A stretch of DNA of 61,881 bases from Nitrospirota bacterium (lineage in GTDB: Bacteria; Nitrospirota; UBA9217), in the NCBI GenBank assembly GCA_963751455.1, contig CAVVUN010000005.1:1-61881 (forward strand), in the 5' to 3' direction. The notes beneath the pieces are model-generated. The model was not told the origin of the DNA and did not search any database. It was given only the letters and a program-made list of their open reading frames with translations. Shown here one piece after another: positions 50,221 to 58,899 of the stretch. Position numbers and translations under genes: made by a program. Position 1 is the stretch's first letter. Every line of letters starts with the position of its first letter.

Positions 50221-51416
50221 TCAGCGAGCGACCCATTCCGCCGCCGGAGTAGCAGGAACTTTTCCAGGGGGATGCCGTCTTCGCCGACCAACAGTTTTCT
50301 CTTCGGCTTGAAGGCTTTTTCAAAGGCGTCCGTCCCCGGAAGCCCCTCCTTGAGAGCTCCGCTCTTGATCTCAATGGCGACAACGGTCTTGCCGGATGTT
50401 AGGACGAAATCCACCTCCCGGCTTCTTTCGCGCCAATAAAAAATCTCGACGCCCATTCCCGCGGCGCTATTGATCAGATGGGCGCCGACCGCCGATTCCA
50501 CCAGCCTGCCCCAAGTCTCCCGGTCCTCCCGGGCTTCATCGAAGGCGAGCCGCGCTTGCGCGCTGATGAGCGCCGTGTTCAATACCTGAAGCTTGGGGCT
50601 CGACGCCCGCTCGCGGACCCGATGCGCGGCGAACTTGTGCAGGCCGGTCAGCATGCCGGCGCCGGCAAGCAGCTCCAGGTAGTGGCCAGGGTCGTCGTAT
50701 TGCCGGCGTCCTGGAGCTGCCCGATCATCTTCTGATAAGAAAGGATCTGGCCGGAAAATGAGCAGCCCAGTTGAAAAAGACGCCTGAGCAGCGCGGGTTT
50801 GTCAACCCGTGTCAGGAGCAGAATGTCGCGGGAAAGAGTCGTCTCGATGAGCGAATCGATTATGTAGCGCGACCAGCGCTGCCGGTCGGCGATCAGGTCC
50901 GCCGCTCCGGGATAGCGCGCCGAAATAGATGAAACGGTCAAGGTCCCACCCGAAGGCTTCACGCATCTCGGCGTAGGACCAGTGGACCACGGGAATGGTC
51001 TCGAACCTGCCTGCAAGGCTTTCGGTCAGCCCCCGCTGAATGAGGAGCGGCGCCGAACCCAGGAGAACGACCTTGAGGGATATTTTTCTGCGGGTATCGC
51101 TGTCCCAGAGCCTTTTTACCACGTCTGACCATCCGGTCACCTTCTGGACCTCGTCCAGAACAAGGAGCGCCTCGCCCTTGCCCGCGGTCTCCGCTGCCAG
51201 CGACCTTCCCGTTTCCCACTGCTGTTCGATCCATGCCCGGCTCTGAAGGGTTGGTTCATCCGCTGAGGCATAATGGACCGGGACCCGGGTCTCGTCAGCC
51301 ATCTGGCGCACCATCGTGGTCTTCCCCGTTTGCCTCGGCCCCGCGAGGACCTGGATGAACCGGCGCGGCTCCTGCACTCTCTTCACCAGCGTATGATACA
51401 TGGGGCGATGATACAT
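50221..51416 (-). pseudogene. AAA+ ATPase with DUF4143 domain, three frameshifts
   Basis: GPRQTGKTT, LDEVQK, ESLAGRF, (GGYP), GRLVESAVG and EVDFV..IEIKS. Frame breaks near 50917, 50684 and 50251. Confidence 0.82.
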
Positions 51417-51487
51417 CCCTGTCCGATCCTCCAGAATGAACGAAACCGACCACCTTACAAATTACTCAATACGTTGAGTTATTTTAC

Positions 51488-51727
51488 TCACAACATTACG
51501 CAATGTAAAGCACGGGCTTCCAACATACCCGCGAGTTTCAGGCAAGAAGCGATGCGACTCTGTTTGAATGAGTTTCGGCAACAATGGGGTTCAACATTCT
51601 CCGCTTGCAATCTGACAAATTCAGATTCGTCTTTCTTGGTTAAAATGATAAGATCCTTAAGCTCTTCCTTGGCCAGCGTCGATGAATTGTCCACGAAACC
51701 GTCAATGTAATCCGTGAACTTGCTCAT
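51488..51727 (-). pseudogene. Probably truncated hypothetical protein
   Basis: AGGAG RBS and a plausible helical N-terminus; the C-terminus looks like non-coding read-through. Confidence 0.35.
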
Positions 51728-51738
51728 GGAGGCTCCTG

Positions 51739-52272
51739 TTATTTATCTTTGTTTTTCAAGTTTTCAGTCGCTATGGCAATATCGAAGGCCTGCCCGAGAA
51801 CTCTTGCCGCCTCGTTAAAATATTTTGGACCAAGTGTCCCGTTCCCATTTGCCCGGTATTCCGCTATGTCTTCGTCCAGCAATTTCCGGATCTTATCAAA
51901 CTGCTCCATTGTTTTACTGTTTGCGATACCTTTCCCTTTTTCGTACTCGTACGCTTTGCGAAATTTCAGCGTGATGTCAGCTATAGCTGTCTCATTCTCG
52001 GTAAAGGACTTTGTATCAAATGTCTCAACAAGCATCATGGCTTCGGCTTTAAGATCAGTCAGGTTTCTATAAGTAGTAACGTCGTGGTAGGTAATGGGGA
52101 TGGCACAACTTATCAGCCACGTGCTCAAGGGCAACGTGACAACGAGCGAGAAAATATAACGCGGTAAAGGATTATGGATTTGTGCCAAGTGACGCTGATT
52201 CCGTAAGGGGATACTCTTTTTCTGGATGGATTCTAAATCAACCATAATCCTCCATGAGTGATTTGGATGCAA
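51739..52272 (-). CDS. Hypothetical lipoprotein
   Basis: Hydrophobic stretch ending LISC followed by a helical domain. Start uncertain. Confidence 0.6.
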   Translation of the reverse strand: MHPNHSWRIMVDLESIQKKSIPLRNQRHLAQIHNPLPRYIFSLVVTLPLSTWLISCAIPITYHDVTTYRNLTDLKAEAMMLVETFDTKSFTENETAIADITLKFRKAYEYEKGKGIANSKTMEQFDKIRKLLDEDIAEYRANGNGTLGPKYFNEAARVLGQAFDIAIATENLKNKDK

Positions 52273-52338
52273 ATAGTTGAATTAATGAAAAGATTACTAC
52301 AAAGGGTTTCAAGTCCAGAAAAGAGAGACGGGGTGAGA

Positions 52339-52797
52339 TTAAGCAACTGAATCAGAATTACAACGCGAAATGTGGAGGTTTCGAGGAGATACGACCACCG
52401 CAAGTTTCAGGAAGAAATTAATGCTCTTCTCAAATTTTGTCGGGTGTTCGTCTCCTGCCTGTTTCTCTCGGTAATACTGTGTTTGGATCATTTGCTTGGC
52501 GATCGGAAGACGATTTTTGATTGTGCTCCAGACGAGATTATAATCGACTCCAAAGTAACCGTGAATCAACCGATCTCTCATTCCGGACATTTCTCTCCAG
52601 GGAACGTCCGGATACCGCTGTTTGACCGTATCAGGAATATTTCTTGATGCCTCACCGATGATCTCAAATTTCCTTATCACGGCGCTTGCTGTTTTATCGT
52701 CCTGCTGGAAATCGTCAAAGGACATCCTCTCAATAAAACGCTCAATGCTCTCGATCGCAGCCAGAACATCGGCAAGGTAGAGTTTATGATCTCTCAT
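52339..52797 (-). CDS. hepT: HepT/DUF86 HEPN ribonuclease toxin
   Basis: EIIGEA, PW..M.GMRDRLIHGYF (RX4H). Confidence 0.9.
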   Translation of the reverse strand: MRDHKLYLADVLAAIESIERFIERMSFDDFQQDDKTASAVIRKFEIIGEASRNIPDTVKQRYPDVPWREMSGMRDRLIHGYFGVDYNLVWSTIKNRLPIAKQMIQTQYYREKQAGDEHPTKFEKSINFFLKLAVVVSPRNLHISRCNSDSVA

Positions 52798-53084
52798 GCA
52801 GGAACTACCTCTTTCAGTACTGTATCTCTGATCTCCTTCCTCAAGGCTCTCTTCGGGACAACGTCAACCTTCGACCCGAGCTGCTCCTCGAGAAATAATC
52901 CCAGACCGACGAGATCGAAAAGATCTGCATCTTCTTCGAAATCGACAAGGACATCGATATCGCTTGACTGCTTCTGTTCGCCTCTCACGACAGATCCGAA
53001 AACGCCGATCTCGTGCACCTTGTACTTCTTCATCTCATTATGCAAATTTTTTATGATTTTAATTATGTCTTCTTTGTTTTTCAT
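52794..53084 (-). CDS. mntA: MntA-type minimal nucleotidyltransferase antitoxin
   Basis: GVFGSVVRGE...SDIDVLV...KVDVV, with an ATGA overlap onto hepT. Confidence 0.9.
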   Translation of the reverse strand: MKNKEDIIKIIKNLHNEMKKYKVHEIGVFGSVVRGEQKQSSDIDVLVDFEEDADLFDLVGLGLFLEEQLGSKVDVVPKRALRKEIRDTVLKEVVPA

Positions 53085-53437
53085 AGGAAGCTTCAATAAG
53101 GAACTCGTCAATCGTCTTTAATACAATTTTATACAAATCTTACGTCAAAATCAATCGCCACCATGCGGCTGCCAGGATTTCTCCTCCTGATGAGTCGAGA
53201 ATAACGCATTTTGAAGGAAGGGGCAAGGGAAATTGTGTAGCCGATGGGGTGACAGTGAGACGACAGAGAAGCGAGTGAGAGTCGACGAGAGACAGCCCGA
53301 GCGACAGAGAGGCGAGGAGGCAGCCGCGCTGATCCGAGCTTTGGATGCATCTATTACGGAATCTTCGCTCTCCTTATCACCCTTATAATAAATCTCGATA
53401 AACTCTATTTTGTCCTCTTCCTCGTGACTAGGCGTAG

Positions 53438-53609
53438 ATGAAGGCCAAGCCCGGAGACGCCCTGACTCTTACCAAAAAGATCGGCACCCGCGGTCGCCTA
53501 TGGCTGTGACCTGAACAGGAAGGCCGGGAAAGTAGCGAACGTGGAACAAATCAACGAAATATTTTGCAGACAGTCAGGCGAGTACCTGATCACTGCTTGG
53601 CCTGTTCAT
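53438..53609. ncRNA. Putative structured non-coding RNA (long rod with central bubble)
   Basis: Nested pairings ATGAAGGCCAAGC/GCTTGGCCtgTTCAT and CGCCCTGACT/AGTCAGGCG enclose A-rich unpaired flanks and an inner stem-loop. No credible ORF. Confidence 0.45.
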
Positions 53610-54110
53610 TCAGAAAACAGAATTATTGACACTTTATCATAAAGATTGACTAACAATTGACAGGTGGTGTATTCATTTTATTACATTTTATTACACATTC
53701 ATATTCTCATTAACATTGTAAGTTGCTAATTTCGCATATAACTTATTCGTATTTTCCTTTTTCGGCTCCTGGGAACAATTATTGCTTATATCATAATATT
53801 GACATCACGGTAATCTGCGTATTCAATTGCATTCATCAGATCTCGCTGCGTTACGGCACGACCGGCACAGTCCATCAAAAACCGCTTTGCACCGGAGGCA
53901 CTGGAGAGTTGAGAACTATGGTCGACTGTTTGGAGACAAGCGATCAAGAGGAAACATGGGGCAATTGGTTGTCAGCAAGGAGGGGTTTTATATGTTCAAG
54001 GACGTGAGCCTCGGTGGAAATGATTATACCGCCTAGCCGTGAGAGGGATCAAGAAAAATACAAGTTCAATTCGCCTGAGTTGAAATAATAAAAAAAGGAG
54101 AAACGACGAA

Positions 54111-55115
54111 ATGGGAAAAGAGAAAAGATCTTTAAAAAATATGAACCGCCGTCAATTCTTGAAAACGAGCGCGGTTGGATGCGCCGCTCTCGGCCTGAGC
54201 ACTCTTGGATTTCCTTCAATAGCTATTTCAAAAACTACGATGAAGGTGGGGTATATCCCGATTCTCGATCATTTTGCCATGCTGATGTCCCACGCAAGGG
54301 ACAATAGTTCATTCAAGGCCATAGATATAGAGCCGATGCTGTTCAAGTCATGGGACGCGCTTTCCGGCGCGCTCAAGGCGAACGTGATCGGCGGAGCCAT
54401 GATCCTGTCGAACTTTGCAATGGATCTGTTCAACAATGGCCTGGATATCAGGTCGGTCGCGATAGGCCACCGGCACGGCTCCGGCTTAACCGTCAGGGCC
54501 GACTCTTCGATAAAATCGGCGGCGGACCTCAAGGGAAAGACCATCGCGGTTCCGTACAGGGTATCCACCCATGCGGTCATTCTCGATAAATATCTCAAAA
54601 GCGCGGGGCTGTCCCTGAAAGACGTAACCGTTATGGCAGTCCCGCCCCCGAATATGCCCGAGTCGCTGAAGAGCGGCAGCATCGACGCCTATCTCGGTCC
54701 GGAGCCTACCGGCGAGAGGGCGGTACAGGCGGGAACCGGGAAGATACTGAAACTTTCCAAAGACATAATGCCCAACCACATTTGCTGCATCGCGGTCGCT
54801 CACAAACAGCAACTGACGTCCAACCCCGAGGGGATCCGGGAATGGGTGCACAGCATGCAGCGGAGCGGCAAGTTCATCGATGCGGACAAGGCCAAAGGTT
54901 CGCAGGAAGTCGCGACACTGGCGCAGAAGTATGTGCAGATCGACCCGCGTGTGATCGTCAATGTAATGCAGCAGCCTTCGAACCGTATTATATACAGCGA
55001 CCTCGCGCCCAAACTGGCGGATTATCAAACGATCCACGATATGTCGGTGTCCGCCGGCTTGATCCAGAAGACGGACCTGAAGACTTTCGTGGATGAAAGC
55101 TTCGCCAAGGGCTGA
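54111..55115 (+). CDS. Tat-exported NrtA/CmpA/CynA/SsuA-family substrate-binding protein
   Basis: NRRQFLK twin-arginine signal, VGYIPILDH, DLKGKTIAVP..STH, PEP and PNHICC. Confidence 0.88.
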   Translation: MGKEKRSLKNMNRRQFLKTSAVGCAALGLSTLGFPSIAISKTTMKVGYIPILDHFAMLMSHARDNSSFKAIDIEPMLFKSWDALSGALKANVIGGAMILSNFAMDLFNNGLDIRSVAIGHRHGSGLTVRADSSIKSAADLKGKTIAVPYRVSTHAVILDKYLKSAGLSLKDVTVMAVPPPNMPESLKSGSIDAYLGPEPTGERAVQAGTGKILKLSKDIMPNHICCIAVAHKQQLTSNPEGIREWVHSMQRSGKFIDADKAKGSQEVATLAQKYVQIDPRVIVNVMQQPSNRIIYSDLAPKLADYQTIHDMSVSAGLIQKTDLKTFVDESFAKG

Positions 55116-55407
55116 TATGCCTGCTCAAACTCCGCAGATTCGCGGTAAACCAGATTCGATAAAGTCGTAAAAAGGCGGATTTAACCACAGAGGCACGGAG
55201 GTCACAGAGAAAAAACACTTTATTTTATTATTTTTTTTCCTCCGTGTCTCTGTGTCTCCGTGGTGGATTTTGATTTTTAAGAATGCATCAGATTTGACTC
55301 ATGGATTTTTTAAAACTGCGCAATCTGCGGACAAACGTTTTTTCCGCAAAAGGTTTTCGTTTCGGGGCTGTCGAATAATCACGAGCTGACAAGAAAGGCT
55401 CTCCATT

Positions 55408-57066
55408 ATGAAAATAAAATCCAAATTGCTGTTGAATGCCGTGATATCGATAACCTGCCTGCTTTTCGCGGGCGGGATAGGGTTTTTTTTCACTAACAGC
55501 GTTGCAAATATCGCGCTGTCGATTGTGAAAGCCGAGGCTATTCCCCTGGTCAAGGTCGGTGAGATCGAGAAGACCCTTTCGGAAGTTCTGCGATATCTGA
55601 TCATACATTCCGCCTTGACCGACCCGGAGGGAGTCAAGAAGGTGGGACAGGTCATCGGTGAAATGACGGATAAGCTCGGCAAGGAAATAGCGGGTTATGA
55701 AGAAATGACGCGGAATGCCGGGTCCTCGGAGGTTTCGGAGCGCATGGCAACGTTTAAGAAAGAGTGGGCCTCTTTCAGCGGGCTCAAGGCAGAAGCCCTG
55801 AGGTTGAGCGACGCATTTGCAAAAGAAGACGCCCTTAGACTCCTGACGTCGACGGGAAGGGAGTCTTGCGACAGGATGCTGGAAACTCTTCATCAAATCG
55901 GCTTGTACCATCAGGAGAGCATGAACCAGGCCGTCGAGCGATCAACTGCCTCAAAGAGAAATGCCGTACTCTGGATCGTACTGCTGACTTTGTTGCTGGG
56001 AACCTCCGTCATCGTCGGGGGGATAATGATCAGCCGCTCGATCATCGTGCCTATCGGCGGGGAGCCCGCGCATATCGCGGAAATCGCCCGGAAGATTTCC
56101 GACGGTGACCTGTCCGTCATGTTTGCGGCGGAGGGAAAGAATGAAACAGGCATCTACTCCGCTATGAAGACAATGGCCGAGAAGCTTCGTCAGGTCGTTG
56201 TCGACGTCAAGAACGCGGCGGACAACGTGGCTTCGGGAAGCCAGCAACTCAGCGAAGGCACGGAGCAGATGTCCCAGGGCACTACCGAGCAGGCGGCGTC
56301 GGCCGAGGAAGCATCGTCCTCCATCGAGGAGATGAACTCCACTATCAGGCAGAATGCGGACAACGCCTTACAGACCGAGAAGATCGCCTTGAAGTCGGCG
56401 GCTGACGCACAGGAGAGCGGAAAGGCGGTAACCGAGGCGGTGGCCGCCATGAAAGACATCGCGACCAGGATCTCAATCATCGGAGAGATCGCCCGGCAGA
56501 CAAACCTGCTTGCACTGAACGCCGCCATCGAGGCGGCCCGGGCGGGTGAGCACGGCAAGGGATTCGCAGTGGTCGCGGCGGAAGTCCGGAAGCTCGCGGA
56601 ACGGAGCCAGACAGCGGCCGCTGAAATAAGCCAGCTCTCCACGTCCAGCGTGGAGGTGGCCGAGCGTGCCGGCCAGTTGCTCTCAAAGCTCGTGCCGGAC
56701 ATCCAGAAGACCGCTGAACTGGTGCAGGAGATCAGCGCCGCGAGCAAGGAGCAGACCTCCGGGGCCGACCAGATCAACGCTTCCATACAGCAGCTGAATC
56801 ACGTGATCCAGCAGAACGCGGGGGCCGCCGAGGAGATGTCGTCCACCGCCGAGGAACTGGCTTCGCAGGCCGGGCAGCTTCAGGGCGCGGTAGCATTCTT
56901 CAAGGTAAGCGACGCGGCTGTTCAGGCTTCGCATAAAATAAATATCGCGCATCTCGCTAAACCGAGGATTGCGGCGACGGTTAATCGTCCGGTCGTGGCT
57001 ATCAATATGGGGCATGAAGTCAAAGGCAAGGCTGATCACTGCGATCACGAGTTTGAGAAATTTTAG
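55408..57066 (+). CDS. Methyl-accepting chemotaxis protein (4HB-type sensor)
   Basis: TM-periplasmic helical domain-TM, IGGEP, and [38 protein letters not shown]-terminal pentapeptide EFEKF. Confidence 0.96.
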   Translation: MKIKSKLLLNAVISITCLLFAGGIGFFFTNSVANIALSIVKAEAIPLVKVGEIEKTLSEVLRYLIIHSALTDPEGVKKVGQVIGEMTDKLGKEIAGYEEMTRNAGSSEVSERMATFKKEWASFSGLKAEALRLSDAFAKEDALRLLTSTGRESCDRMLETLHQIGLYHQESMNQAVERSTASKRNAVLWIVLLTLLLGTSVIVGGIMISRSIIVPIGGEPAHIAEIARKISDGDLSVMFAAEGKNETGIYSAMKTMAEKLRQVVVDVKNAADNVASGSQQLSEGTEQMSQGTTEQAASAEEASSSIEEMNSTIRQNADNALQTEKIALKSAADAQESGKAVTEAVAAMKDIATRISIIGEIARQTNLLALNAAIEAARAGEHGKGFAVVAAEVRKLAERSQTAAAEISQLSTSSVEVAERAGQLLSKLVPDIQKTAELVQEISAASKEQTSGADQINASIQQLNHVIQQNAGAAEEMSSTAEELASQAGQLQGAVAFFKVSDAAVQASHKINIAHLAKPRIAATVNRPVVAINMGHEVKGKADHCDHEFEKF

Positions 57067-57214
57067 AGACAGAGGACAGACAGCAGACAACAGCATGCTG
57101 TCAGCTGCTGTTTTTGCGTAAACACTCTAAGTATAGGAGGTGATGATCACAGCGCTTTATAAATGAATTTTTTTTCAAAAAATGTACTAAATTATAATAA
57201 TAAATGGAGGTGTT

Positions 57215-57778
57215 ATGAAGAAGACGTTACTGACAGTTTCGACAATTATCGTTGCAGGCCTTTGTTACTTTTCACCGGCACAAGCTACTGATAACACCAG
57301 TGTAGTAGATTCGCTTGCGCTTGATAGTTACGAGCAGCGCAAGCCGACATTGGATTTGGCAAATAAGGCGGCTATTAAAAAGGGGTTAACCCTGGAAGCC
57401 ATGGGTAAGGCCTGCAGCCTCCTGCCCGTCCGGGTTGGAGCAATCCTCACCGGCCAGGCTCCTTTAGAAAAACCTACGCAGGATTGCCTTGAAAAAGAAC
57501 TTGAGTTGAAAACCGGCTCTTTGGCCCCCTTGGCCCCACCCCCGGTACGTTGGCAAACCGGCGCTATTTATCGCATACATGAGGCGACAGAGGTGTATGG
57601 ACCGGCAATTCAGCGCTGGATGAATGAGCGGTTTGGCGATGCGATCATGTCAGCTATCGACTTCGATGTAATCGTCGAAGAGACCAAGGGCTCGCATGGT
57701 GAACGCCGCATTCGTATCATTTTCGATGGTAAGGCGCTGCCCTATTCGAAAGACGAGGGATGGAAGCCGGCCCCGTGA
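57215..57778 (+). CDS. cynS: Cyanate lyase (cyanase) homolog with an N-terminal Sec signal peptide
   Basis: IYRIHE..EVYG..I...NERFGDAIMSAIDF...IIFDGKALPY matches the CynS catalytic domain. The N-terminus is MKK-hydrophobic-AQA. Confidence 0.85.
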   Translation: MKKTLLTVSTIIVAGLCYFSPAQATDNTSVVDSLALDSYEQRKPTLDLANKAAIKKGLTLEAMGKACSLLPVRVGAILTGQAPLEKPTQDCLEKELELKTGSLAPLAPPPVRWQTGAIYRIHEATEVYGPAIQRWMNERFGDAIMSAIDFDVIVEETKGSHGERRIRIIFDGKALPYSKDEGWKPAP

Positions 57779-57877
57779 TTATTCGGGCGCCAATTCCCGT
57801 CCATGTCCCCTAAGTTGCGACTGAGGGGTTGACATCTTGCGGGACGTAAGCTCCCCAGCATAAAAAACTAGTTAATA

Positions 57878-57913
57878 AAAAAGGCTTGCAGGTTATAACC
57901 TGCAAGCCTTTTT
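57878..57913. terminator. Bidirectional rho-independent terminator
   Basis: Perfect 36-bp palindrome AAAAAGGCTTGCAGGTTA/TAACCTGCAAGCCTTTTT. Confidence 0.85.
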
Positions 57914-58174
57914 CTGCTTTTATGAAAATTATTTCATCTTATCTGAACGAATTCACCTTTTGTGAAAGCCTGCATCGATTTATACTTTCAGCGCGATAAA
58001 TTCAATCGCTTTCTATACGACGCACATTGCACGCATTTATCCAAGTGAAAATTCTCTGTATTAGTTAATTTGATGTCAATCGTTTTGAATTCATCTTTCC
58101 GGTTTAATATTCACAGCTTATGCTATAATAAGCAACTTGTTTTGAAAGATAGTTTTAATTCGAGGGAGCAGGCG

Positions 58175-58873
58175 ATGAAAAAAGTTTTGATCGCGAGGGA
58201 ATTGGACGAGATATTGCGCAGACACGACAGTTTCTTGAACCGGGTGGGCATTCATTTGCTGACGGCCTCGTCTAACGACGAGTTGCTTGAGATCCATCGG
58301 GCAGAACGCGCCGACCTCATTATCACCCGGATCGATCTGCCGGGCACAGGCATCGAGCAGGTCGCTTCAAGCATCAGAGAAGACAAGGAACTGCAGCGGG
58401 TCCGGTTGCTCATTGTATGTTCGAATACGCGGAGCGATATCGAAATGTGTTCCCGCTGCGCTCCGCACGCCGTGGTTCTTCAACCGGTGAATCATCTTGT
58501 CCTGTCGGCGAGAGCGCTGCAGCTGCTCGATATTGCCTGGAGAGAGAACTACCGTGAAATCATCAATATCGCTGTTCGGGGTAATGCCGGAAATGAAAAT
58601 TTCCTGTGCAGCTCTCGCGATATCAGCATATCGGGCATGCTTATTGAAACAGAGAAGATGCTCAGGGTCGGCGACAGGATAATCTGTTCCTTCTCTCTTC
58701 CGGATTCGAAACGGATTAATGCGGCCGGCCGGATCGTCAGGCTTGTGACCGGAATTCAGGGGAAGGTTTTGAATCAGTACGGGGTGAAATTCCTGCAGAT
58801 GTCTTCTGAAGAACGAAAGAACCTTGAGTCATTCATGAATGACACTTCGCTGTTCTCTGACAGGCAGTCCTGA
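58175..58873 (+). CDS. Atypical receiver + PilZ domain protein
   Basis: Receiver-like N-terminus lacking the canonical Asp; PilZ motifs RENYR and DISISG. Confidence 0.8.
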   Translation: MKKVLIARELDEILRRHDSFLNRVGIHLLTASSNDELLEIHRAERADLIITRIDLPGTGIEQVASSIREDKELQRVRLLIVCSNTRSDIEMCSRCAPHAVVLQPVNHLVLSARALQLLDIAWRENYREIINIAVRGNAGNENFLCSSRDISISGMLIETEKMLRVGDRIICSFSLPDSKRINAAGRIVRLVTGIQGKVLNQYGVKFLQMSSEERKNLESFMNDTSLFSDRQS

Positions 58874-58899
58874 TGAATGCGAAGATTATTGTTTCAGCG

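Noticed and set aside
53129-53350. Ser/Arg/Leu-rich ORF
   Set aside because: It is the translation of a low-complexity GA-rich repeat tract.
42000-53400. Prophage or ICE
   Set aside because: No integrase, structural, replication or conjugation genes, and no tRNA/att site was recognised.
53840-53895. sigma54 promoter upstream of the SBP gene (ggcacg/ggcaca)
   Set aside because: No GC at the required 10-nt spacing from the GG.
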